A stretch of 64,000 nucleotides of DNA from Octopus sinensis (lineage: Eukaryota): the NCBI RefSeq assembly GCF_006345805.1, contig NC_043004.1, positions 16,554,001 through 16,618,000 of the forward strand, read 5' to 3'. The notes under the pieces were generated by a model. That model saw only the letters and a list, made by a program, of their open reading frames with translations. It ran no database searches and had not been told where the DNA came from. The translations under genes and the position numbers were made by a program. The first letter of the stretch is position 1. Each line of letters starts with the position of its first letter. Below are positions 52,050-64,000 of this stretch, piece after piece.

Positions 52050-52562
52050 TCTATATATATAAAACTGTAGTTGTGTGAGTGTCTGTCCCCTTCGATTTAG
52101 ATTCCTAACTACTCCCACATTTTGCGGTGCAGTTTAACCAAATTCGGGTATCTTATAGGCGTGATTCATATCGAGCCCGTCTGAGTATTAGCGCGCGTCT
52201 ACGACGAGTCTACGATTTTTAAAATAATTTAACATCATTTTTTATTCCATTTTAATGCATAATATTTCGTGTGTCGATGGCGGCGGAGTTGGCGTCCATG
52301 GTCACACCTGCACCTGTTTGCTTCTCCCCCTTCTTTCCTCCCTCGTGAAGCTGTGGGGAAGGGAGTGTAAGGAAATCAACGTCGTAAAGCGTTGTCAAGG
52401 AGACCAGCGCTCTTTTAGAACAACGACTTCATGGCTTGAAGACACCAAACCAGAAATGGCTAAGAAAGCCCGAATTGGCATCTATAAGGGAAGTAACTCT
52501 CTAAAAATGCTTATATAGTTATTTCCCTTACAAACCCGAGCAACGCCGGGCGATACTGCTAG
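52050..52562 (+). mobile_element. Non-autonomous Helitron, 513 bp
   Basis: A|TCTATATATATAAAA at the 5' end. The 3' hairpin cccgagcaacgccggg is followed by cgatactgCTAG|T. Inserted between A and T with no TSD. Confidence 0.88.
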
Positions 52563-54884
52563 TTATATATATATTTAATGAAATAATAATAAGACCTTAG
52601 TAACAAAATAAACATAGAGTTTAAATTTCTTAAATTGAAAGTAGATTAATAAAATAACATTGAATAAATTCGGAATGAAGAAGCCAAGCGCACAAATACC
52701 CATGATTGACCACTTAACTAAAATTGGTAAATCATTGATGGAGCATCTAGGTTTTTTTTTTTTTACTGTGGCAGAAGTAAAAATTAATTTGTCTTCAAAT
52801 ATTTCCCCACTGTTTAAAAGCTATAGATATGTTTTATAATGCAGTCCTAAATTCATTCCTTATATTTGAAACAAAGCTGAACGTGTAAGAGTTTGAATCG
52901 CTTGTCTTGTCCATTAAGACTGCTTTGAGATTTAACAACTTCGTTTGATATCCTCTTTAGTTACATTGGCATCATAAATTTGGAAAAGTAACTTAGAGGA
53001 CTGAGTAGATGATATGCATACCATCGACTCCGAATGAACGAAAGTTTATTCATAGTTTTCAACAGGATTTCAAATCAGACAATTCTGTATGGCATTTAGT
53101 TAATGTGTCTACCACTTTTCCATCATATTTTAAAACATTATTTAGCTTTATTTAAAATTTTGCATATATCGAATGATGAAGTAAACAGCATTCTTCAAAG
53201 CCACGAAACACACATTTTGCTTGTCTGATTACCTACGCTAATGCGACAGAAGCAGCGTTTCATGTCTTATCTTCTTCAGACTATGATTTTGTTTTACACT
53301 GTGGTTCTTGTTGGGGTTTTTCTCATATTTATCTTGATTTGTTTGTTTATATATGGCCAACAGTTGCTTTTATATCAGATATTAGACTGTTTAGAAATGA
53401 TCATAAGTGGTTGTTTCTCTTAAACATTTATGTTTTTAATAATATTGTATTTTCTTTAATCTCCCGCCACTGAACAACCAATAAAACTTTTGTACATAAA
53501 TATTATATTAAATATGTAGACATTGTTTGGTTTAATAATTTTTTACTGTTCACAATTTTCAGGTAACTGGGTACAGGAATAACAAAGCAGCAGATTAAAT
53601 ATTTTTCCTTATTTATTTTACATTCCGGCGATGCATTAGCTGATTCGTTACAGCGACTTCTGAAACGCTCTATAGTATTTGATCAAACTTTGAAACTCTG
53701 AGTCCCGACTATCGCTTCGACGCCCACGCCAACGTTAAAATAAAGCGCTGTTCAAGTACTTTGGGTTAATGCAATCGATTAATACTCTTCTCTCAAATTT
53801 CAGGTTTTGTACCAATATTAGAACCAACTTTCAGTTTCACGTTACACTTCTAGTTCATATCCCGCTGACACGGACGCTAATATTTCGACAAACATGTATT
53901 AGATTTGAACAAGATCGCTTTAATAAACTAATTCACATTTAAGTCAATTGTACTTCTCTTTTTTTCCACTTCTCCGTATTGTTATTTAGTTGTTGTCATA
54001 ATGCCAAGGAAATCGTTGTTTGCGTTCATTGCTAACATTTATATTAGCTTTCTTCAAGAGCATTTAAATGTGGAAACTCATTAGCTATCAAGTGATATTA
54101 TTAGTACAGCTGATAATACTTTATCCAAAGTCCAAATACCGAAAATAATCTACAATCGGAAATTGGAAAAATTCTGAAAGCAATCAAATGCGAATTTTCT
54201 GCTCTTTTCTTTTTGGTTTAATCTTGAGTAAGAAATGAGACGACAGTACACAAAACGAAATGGAGGAAGAGCAGTCTGGTATCTTCATTTATCTTTTACT
54301 TGTTTCAGTCATTGGAATGTGGCCAGGGTGTCGCACCGTGTTGAAGTGTTTAATAGACAAGTGTTTCAGTAGAAAAAAAAACACGATCCCAATACTTATA
54401 ATTTGATATTTGATATTTACGCTATCGAGCCGTAAAGTTACGTAGGCATCAACAGACATCAACTGTCAAACAGAGACACACAGACACACAGACACACAAA
54501 CGCGTGTGCACGCACACACACACATACAGGCACACACATATGTAGGGATACAACATGGAATCGACTTACCCCATTCCCTGATATTCCTGGCCTTCTGCCA
54601 AAACTTGAAACCAATATTCATTGTTTGAATATATTTTAATAAAACTGATAACGAAAATGCATTACTTTATGTTCCTTTAAATAAATAAATAAAATAATTA
54701 TAACTGATATATGCAAAAACGATTGCTTGAAGCTCTGGTTTTCCGCTTTTTTTTTTCTTTATTTGAATTTTATTTCTGGCTCTCGTGGAAATATTCTAAG
54801 TGCCTTACACTACATACAAACGAGGTCAGTTTTCTCGGGGAATTACATTATTCTAAAGTAATATTTCAAAGTATTAAGGCTGTG

Positions 54885-55085
54885 TGCTGCCAGAATCGTT
54901 ACCACACCGGACAAAATTCTCAGTAGTATTTCGCCTGTCTTTACGTTCTGAGTTCGAATTCCAGCGAGGTCGACTTTCGTCCTTTTGGAGTCGAGAGAAT
55001 AAACAGTGAAGCACTATGATCCATTTAAATGATTAACCCCCTCACCCAAAATTTCATACTTTGTGCCAATGGTTGAAAGGAATAT
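54885..55085 (+). mobile_element. SINE family B, diverged
   Basis: cagaatcgtt...tacgttctgagttcgaattccagcgaggtcgacttt. Confidence 0.75.
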
Positions 55086-56029
55086 TTCAAAATATTCTTT
55101 TTAATTTGTATGCGCTCACACTCGTGCATATGTGTGTGTACGTGTCTACGGGTACGTTTGCACAAAGGAACATATCCGTTACTGCTTCTGGTCCATTTAT
55201 ACCGTCCGCAGATATATTTCTGTATTTCATACTCTAGGCTCTAATTAATATTTTCTCATGATGCTGTTTAGCAGACTTTCGGCAATATATCGTCTTTAAG
55301 TATGATATATAGATTACTATTTTCAACTTATACATCTTCCATCGCTAATAACGGAGTTTTATTTAGTCAGCTGGCCAGTTGCCCTGCCTTTGCTTTCTTT
55401 ATCATTGGTTAACTCTATCAGAGAGTCAAAATTCATCTTGCCATACCGTTGTTCGTGGATGCCAACTACTAACGAAGCTCAGGGAAGAAGAAATAACTGC
55501 TTTAAGTATGATATACAGGATTAATATCTGCGCGTGTGGGCGTGGGCGCGCGTGTATCTACGTGCGTGTATGTCAGTGTCTGTGCAAAAATATTTTTTAA
55601 TATTTCGCTTAGGTAAAGCGATATTAACAACCCGCTGGTAGAACTCAATATTTATATATGCTTCGGTATAGGGTATTCGTTGGTTACTTAGCATAATGTG
55701 AAACCAAATACATTAGAAAGGATCAGGAATTTATGCAATGAATTTCAATGGCTTATCGCTGTTTCTGCTATTTGATACAGTCCTTTCAGACATGAGTGCT
55801 TATACATCATCTTATAGCTTCGTCAAAGTTTCTAAAATTAAGAGGACTACAAAGTGTAAAATATTCTGTCAATAAATTAAGTCCATTTCATAATTTGTAT
55901 TTTTTGTCATTTATTTACTTCATATATGTTTGTGTATGTGTAATACGTACGAATATGTGTATTTATATATATATATATATAGAGAGAGAGAAAGCAATAC
56001 ACTCATATTTATATATATTTCAATATATA

Positions 56030-56087
<58 letters not shown>

Positions 56088-56262
56088 TTGTGTGTGTGTG
56101 TGTGTGTGTGGTGTGTGTGTGTGTGTGTGTGTAAAGTTTGCCGAAGTATATTGGGTTCTGTGGTTTGTAGTTAACATACCTCTTTATTTTAACTGCACAC
56201 ACTGCGTTCGACTCCCCGAGACGATGTTATAAATTTGTTTTGACTTCATCTATATTCGTTAC

Positions 56263-56293
<31 letters not shown>

Positions 56294-56669
56294 TGTATAT
56301 GTATGTATGTGTACATCTTTGAATGAATAAATATCTTCATAATTGTCACATACATTTGACAATCGACTTTTACTCGTTAGTCAGAATATACTTAAAGCGT
56401 CAACTTTTAAGACTAGCTGTTTTGACAGTTGCTTCTATCTATTTAACTTTGGAATTTCTCTCACATGTATATCATTTTATGTAATGGTAAGTAATAGGTT
56501 CTCTGGCAATAAATATTTGTATTTCAATCTCTCTATATATTCATATAATACACTATACTAATAGCATGCGAGTTGCAAATATTGACAAGCATATATTTGT
56601 GGTTTGGTAACCATTATTTACACTATCAACAAGGGCAAATCGGTTTGCAACTCGGTAGGCTGATCCATG

Positions 56670-56875
56670 CGAGCTGGCGGAATCGTTAGCGCGCCGGGCA
56701 AAATGCATAGCGTTATTTCGCCCGTCGGTACGTCTTGAGTTCAAATTCCGCCGGAGTCGACTTTCATCCTTTCGGAGTCGACAAATTAAGTATCAGTTGA
56801 ATACTAGGGCTGATGTAATCCACTATCACTCTCCCGCCAAATTTCAGGCGTTGTGCCTATAGTAGAAAGGATTAT
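56670..56875 (+). mobile_element. SINE family B
   Basis: cgagctggcggaatcgttagc...gagttcaaattccgcc...ttgtgcctatagtagaaaggattattatt. Confidence 0.85.
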
Positions 56876-56886
56876 TATTATTATTG

Positions 56887-57439
56887 AGTGAGCGAGCAGT
56901 GCATGCCATCAAAATGACACTGAGGTAAAATATACGAAGCCCGGTATACCCATCATGACTACCCGTTTGAAAAGGGTACACCAGGCACATGCATCACAAC
57001 CATATGTGCGCGACATGGTGATTTCATATCAAGATAAATAGCGCATGATCTTTCAGGTGGGGTCCAGTTAGAAATTTCTTCTCGTCGAGTAACTCATCCC
57101 GCTCAAAAGGTCCCTGAATAAGGATTGTTTAATGTTCTTGAACGAAACAGCCATATTTCCAGTGGTGAATGATTCAAACCCCAAAGAATCCCTCTCAACA
57201 CATGGCTATGATGCTCCCCAACTACTTCTGCTCATGATCAGAGATGCACATATCATCAGCCACTAAGGGACATGCTCAACTTGTTATGGTCAAGCAACTG
57301 ACAAACAAATCTGTGGTATTGAGCAGAATAATTGATGTAGTCCATCTTTTATACCAAGACAAAAGAATATACATGATAACACTTCCAATCAGTTAAGATC
57401 AGAAGCCACGAGAGCCACTGCCTGGTATTGCATCAGGGC

Positions 57440-57441
<2 letters not shown>
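56887..57441. mobile_element. ~555-bp non-coding interspersed repeat embedded in (ATT)n
   Basis: Flanked by ATT repeats on both sides. The segment gatcagagatgcacatatcatcagcca..aagggac..gctcaa recurs at ~30860-31050 and in its mirror. Confidence 0.72.
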
Positions 57442-57508
<67 letters not shown>

Positions 57509-57699
57509 CATGATTATTAACGATTTTATAGGCGGTAAGTTGGTAGATAGCTTCGATTTCTTACATTTTCCACGTAAATTTCCAAACTTTGACACTTAGC
57601 TATTGCCTATTCATTCGGCACCATGATGGCAAATGGAAGAAAATATTTATTTTACCTCAGGTTTTCTTGGAACTCCAAGAGCCTTGCATGAGTGCCGGC

Positions 57700-58450
57700 T
57701 TTGCTGCCTGCAACCAACAGTATCATGATATCTGTTCTTTTCAACTATATAACACTTTCCTGATGATTCTGGCTATCCGAAGAATGCAAACCATTTTTTG
57801 CAACAGCTTTCTTGGGCACTATTTCGCAAGTTCATTTACATTCCTGTCTATACGTTCTTATACTGTTCCCCAGAGCCCCAACAATAATTGGCACTATCTT
57901 CTCCATTTTCATTTTCTACAATCGCGTAATCTTCACTTGAAGAACATGACATAAGATTACTTTTTTCGCCTTCTTAAATATTTGTGACTCAAATGAGTAT
58001 GCAACGTTAATTATAGAGCATGTGGTTTACCTTGTCCACCCGCACTAGGTACGGTTTGTTATACCCAAGCACCTGAGTGAGTCAAAAGACGATTTCTTAA
58101 TTGATTAAGAAATCGTCTCTGACTCACTCTCTGTTGTTTGTGGTCGCACCATGTTTTGTCTCTGTCTTTAATCCCCACTTTTCAGGTTTTAATGCAGTAT
58201 TTCTCTACCACATCATGTCGCCACACCTTGTATTGATTTTGTGCAATATGAGAAATGGCTTCGTCAAATCTATTACAAATTCGGCACAGTTGAGAGCTTT
58301 GCTCATTTCTATTATTAGCCATCCAATTTGGGGTCAAAGATTGGTCTTGCACTGCTAGTATGGTGCTCTTAGTCTCCTTTTTCAAGTATTACTTCTTTAA
58401 CCAATTTTCTCCATAAACTTTAGTGATGCTAAAACAGAAATGGCTGCATA
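57700..58450 (-). pseudogene. R4/Dong-like LINE 3' remnant, heavily decayed
   Basis: KKETKSTILAVQDQSL..LCRICNRFDEAISHIAQNQYKVWRHD and a terminal ARIIRKVL*. Confidence 0.75.
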
Positions 58451-58539
58451 CTCCCTTATTGAGTAGTGCTCCTCCATGTGCTTCATGTCTTTCATGTACT
58501 TCATGTACTTAATTTCCTTCATGTTCTTCATGTTTTGTT

Positions 58540-58822
58540 CTTGCTAGCAGAATTGTTAGCAAAATGCTTAGCAATATTTCGTCCGCCTGTACATCCTGAG
58601 TTAAAATTCTGCCGAGGTTGACTTTGCCTTTCACTCTTTCGGAGCATTAAAATAAGTAAATGCTTAGCGGTATTTCGTCCGTATATTACGTCTTGAGTTC
58701 AAATTCCGCCGAAGTCTACTTTGCCTTTCATCGTTCCGGAGTCGATAAATTAAGTACCAGTTGTGTACTAGGGATGATGTAATCTACTATCTCCCTGCCC
58801 CAAATTTGTGCATATAGGAGAA

Positions 58823-58863
<41 letters not shown>

Positions 58864-59105
58864 TATTATTATTATTATGAACGACTTTATAGGTGGTAAG
58901 CTGGTAGAATCGTTAGCACGCTGAACGAAATATATAGCGGTCTTTCGCCCGTCGTTACGTCCTAAGTTCAACTTCCGCCGAGGTCGACTTTGCCTTTTAT
59001 CCATTCGGGGTCGATAAATTAAGTACAAGTTACGCACTGATGTTAATGTAATAATCGATTATACCACTTCTCTAAACTTCAGTCATTATAGTGGAAAGGA
59101 TTATT
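58540..59105 (+). mobile_element. Cluster of three tandem SINE family B copies
   Basis: gagtt(c/a)aa(a/c)ttc(c/t)gccga.gt..actttgcctttt occurs three times (~58598, ~58696, ~58965). Confidence 0.82.
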
Positions 59106-59927
59106 ATAAACGATTTTTACATTCTTCATATCCTTTCTGTCGAGTTAGCATGGAACCAGAGTACATGTAAAATCCCCGGGGAAAATATATTATTTTATCA
59201 CTTCACGAATAATCACGCTTGCTTCATTAATTCTGTTAAAACGAAAAGCAGGTTCTATAAGTAAATTCCATTTCATGTGAAAGGAAACATACACGAAAAT
59301 CCAGCTACAAATATCGCTCCAAGCATTTCATTGATATGCGATTCGAAGAAATTACAAGATAAGGAGAATTATGCTTTTTGTAGTTATTCTTTTAGTTTTT
59401 ATACTGCGATAACAATGTGTCACTTGGCGTATAATATCCATTGTTACAAAATAGCGACTCGTCTTGTAATCGGTCATTAATTCTATATAGCTTCTTAGAG
59501 TGTTAGCTCTAGGCTCTGATACTGACTTCGGCATACTTTGAAATTACTACTGGCATTAGAATCAAACACGAATGAGATTTTGAAAGACGCAGTTTTAATC
59601 TTTTCAACGTCGGAAAGTTATTATTCAAAAGTTTTCGAAAATCAAGGTTCTTTTTTCGGGACCAGTATAAATAATAATCATAGAGTAGCGGATGTTTATG
59701 GTAAGGTGCCAAACTGTAAGAATTGCAGCGTGTGTGAGACTCACTCTTGGCTCGCAATCAAATTTGAGTACAACATGGGTTCCTCTTCCATTTCTGGTTG
59801 GTTTTTTTTTCTGTAAAGAGCTATAGGCGTCGTAACAATGAACCAATTTTACTCAATGAGGCCAATTTTATCCCGAATTAGGCGTTTTTCCCCCTAATAT
59901 TTTAGTAAACATACTTTCTTTTTATAA

Positions 59928-59976
<49 letters not shown>

Positions 59977-60167
59977 ATGTGTGTGTATATATACGTACAT
60001 ATACATATATATAGTATATAAAATAATATGCATTCGTAATATGTATACATTACCTATATATATATATAATATATATATATATATAGATATAGATATGTTC
60101 CAGGATAACCGCAATGCATAACCGCAAATGCATGGTTGAAATACATAAAATACATGTGTGTGAGAGA

Positions 60168-60205
<38 letters not shown>

Positions 60206-60252
60206 ACAGATGAGACCCACAGTATAGTAAGAGCCATACAAACACAAACATA

Positions 60253-60302
<50 letters not shown>

Positions 60303-62139
60303 CAAATTAACCTAGAACGTGAAGATGGACGAAATATCACGAAGCACTTTGCCCGGCCTGTCAACGCTTCTGCCAGCTCACCGCTCGTCGTTCTTCAAAG
60401 ATACTTGTAAGTTTTTCATGGGAATAGTTGTGTCAGACATGGTTACTTAAGAATGGTATTTATTGGTCTTGTAATGGTGTTGACAGGTTTTGAAATATTG
60501 AAATATATTTCTCGCCTATACAAACCATTTTGACAAAGAAATTATTATTTGTTGACTAGAGTAATTGTTGGAATCGGAAACGCATGGGTAAAGTCGTTAT
60601 GCAGCATATTGTAGCCTTTATTTATTCTCAAGTTCGAATCACACCCAGCGCATTGTACATTTTGCTTATGCCCGAGTCAATAATGTAAAGAGCTAAGGAT
60701 TCCTGAGAAAGATCTGGTATTTCACTCAATTTACCTTTACTTTTTGCTGTGTCTGTGCGAATACGCAAGCTACTTCTGCGTAAATTATATCTTCTTTGTA
60801 AAATATACATTGCAAATTGTTCTTCGTGCGTGTCCATGCGAGTAACCATCGTTCATCTTTTTCTATTAACAAAATTCGATTTTATCTTCAATACATTGTG
60901 TGTGCACATTTGTCTCTTTGGGCAATACTTGGAAAAGGTATGTGAGGTCACAACTTCACAGCTTTGGGTTAACACTGATTCCTCTGCCCCCTTCCTATAC
61001 ATGTTTTAACCATTTTCCTATGGTAGTCATCGCTATATAACAAATATTTTTACTTGCCGTTTGTTGTTTGATTAACTCCACTCCTTGTTCAACCCTGATA
61101 GTATCAGAGCTATAATCAAAGGGTATCCTATGACGTAGATATACAGGTTTTTCTAGTCGATCAACATGATAAAAGCTCTCCGTCGCTCGATGATAAAAGC
61201 TCTCTCCGTCACTCGATGGCTACAGAAATAGTGAATGCCTGTGTATTTTCATAAAAGTCGTGTTTAAGGAGAGCGGTTTCTGCTTCAAGCAATGCGAAAC
61301 CATTATTTTGTATGTTATGTTTATATTACAAATTTGCGAAAACACAATATATAGAATATTACGTTGCATGAAAGTGAAACAACCTTGTAAAATCTATTAT
61401 AGTAATAAAAACCCAGATTGTCAAAAAATAGTTTAAATGAACGTTATTTTATTAATATATTTATATTTATTACTTAATCTCCTCTTCAAATATTCCTTCA
61501 TATGCAGCGGAAGCATCAACTTCTGAACAATCCAATCTTTAAGGGTTTCTGTTAGTTATTCTATTGATCTTATTTTCTACGACTGACAGTAATGCCAAAT
61601 GTTCCTTGGTTGTACCCATCATTAATCTTTTTCTTCATCTTTCTTATGATCTTCTGTCTTCTTTGTATTCTATTTCTGCTTCTTATGTTGCTTTATTTCC
61701 ACCACATTCACCTTCCCCTTCACCTCCACCTCCACCTTCCCTTCGCAGCCGCCTTCGTCTTCATCTTCATCTTCAGCGTCAGCTTTTCCTTTACCCTTCT
61801 CCTACACATTCTTCTTCTCCTTCACTTTCCCCTTCTACTCTTTATCCTTCTTGCGCTACGTTGCTTGCTCATTTACATAACCATTCCAGTAGAGCTACGG
61901 CCTGAAATGTCACGCAAATCATGTTAAGAATCAACTCCAAAAACCAAAGGAATTAATGGATTTTAGATAGACTGCAACAGCGGAAAGCATCAAGATCGAT
62001 ACATATTGGGTTCCAATCGTAGTGCGTATTACAAAGATGTACTTTGTTTTCTACAGCACTGGTTTCCACTGCAATAATTCCCAAACATCATACAATTTCG
62101 TTTCACCGATCAGTCATCCAAGCTGAAATACACATACAA

Positions 62140-62810
<671 letters not shown>

Positions 62811-63389
62811 TAAGCACAAGACAGAAGAAGAGATTGAGACAGAAAGAGGAAGCGAGAAGTACATACAGTTACATATATATGTATGCAAATATAGTTCTAA
62901 GTATACTGAAGATTATTTTTTCCTAACATTTCTATATACACATATAAGCGAATAAGAATATTTCTCTTTGTACAGGCATATTTATACACGCACATATAAC
63001 CACATACATCTTTATATTGTTGCACGTATAAACACGTACACACACACGTACAGTACATATACATACATAATATATATATATATATGTTTATATGTGTGTG
63101 TATGTATCTTTATACATATGATATTTGTTTGGTGTGGCCTATTGATCACGACATGTAACCAATGTTTAGATCTCCATGCGTTTCGTTATATTTCAAACGA
63201 TCCATACATGAAAACCAAATGTGTTATTATTCTATGCTTCTTCCTCTACTCTAAATGATTTAATGTCTTGCTTGCATAGTTAAACTGAAAGTGTATTATC
63301 TCTATCAATATGTGGCGGTTGTCTATCAACCGAATATAGATCTGTTATATATATATATATATATATATACGTACATATATATATTTATA

Positions 63390-63428
<39 letters not shown>

Positions 63429-63430
63429 AT

Positions 63431-63473
<43 letters not shown>

Positions 63474-63790
63474 GAACATGCATACACACATATATATATA
63501 TTTGTGGAAACGCGCATAATGATGCATTAAACTATGTATAAATTCCATCCAGAGATTACTATTGTAATTACCATATTTATTCTACATAGTATCGGCACAG
63601 GTGGGTGCGACACCAAAAGACTGGTATTGCCAGTTGGCATCAGTAGGCAGTAGCCAGCATATTAGAAACAATCTTGCCCGTACTTTTGCCTCGGAGGGTA
63701 ACTTACTAGGTGCAATCCCATGGTCATTCATGACCGAAGGGATCACCATGTCACCCTCACTCTCTCACTCTCTCTCTATCTCTGTCTCTC

Positions 63791-63840
<50 letters not shown>

Positions 63841-64000
63841 TTGTATGCATATGTGTATACACAAACACATATCTATATATCTATATATGTAAATATATGT
63901 TTGTGTGTGTATACATATGTTATATACGTATGTTTGTATTCAGATATACATATACACATTCACACACACACATACACACACACATACACACACACTCACA

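Noticed and set aside
57421-57432. cctggtattgca match to the U2 snRNA 3' stem-loop
   Set aside because: Only 12 bp, with no other U2 sequence nearby.
61564-61927. Pro/Ser-rich and hydrophobic ORFs
   Set aside because: Low-complexity CT-rich trinucleotide decay, with no splice or homology support.

Overview
AT-rich, microsatellite-saturated eukaryotic DNA with no recognisable host protein-coding exon. The SINE and mariner families look like those of an octopus genome; this is inferred from recall, not from a search. Almost all ORF-track entries are translated simple repeats. Contents: decayed Tc1, mariner and DD37D transposons and MITEs; two non-autonomous Helitrons; CR1/L2-like, RTE (three C-terminal C2H2 fingers) and R4/Dong-like LINE remnants; many tRNA-derived SINEs; and several Penelope-type hammerhead ribozyme motifs. 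The main structure is a ~3.4 kb inverted duplication (30027-33447 vs 34909-38269). Its left arm interrupts an R4/Dong LINE and carries a 28-bp inverted templated patch copied from the spacer, which reads as a multi-step template-switching repair scar. I found no convincing new protein-coding system. The best leads are this scar, a palindromic double hammerhead and a 3' tail shared by a LINE and two SINE families. All coordinates were read by eye, and SINE/LINE edges are approximate.
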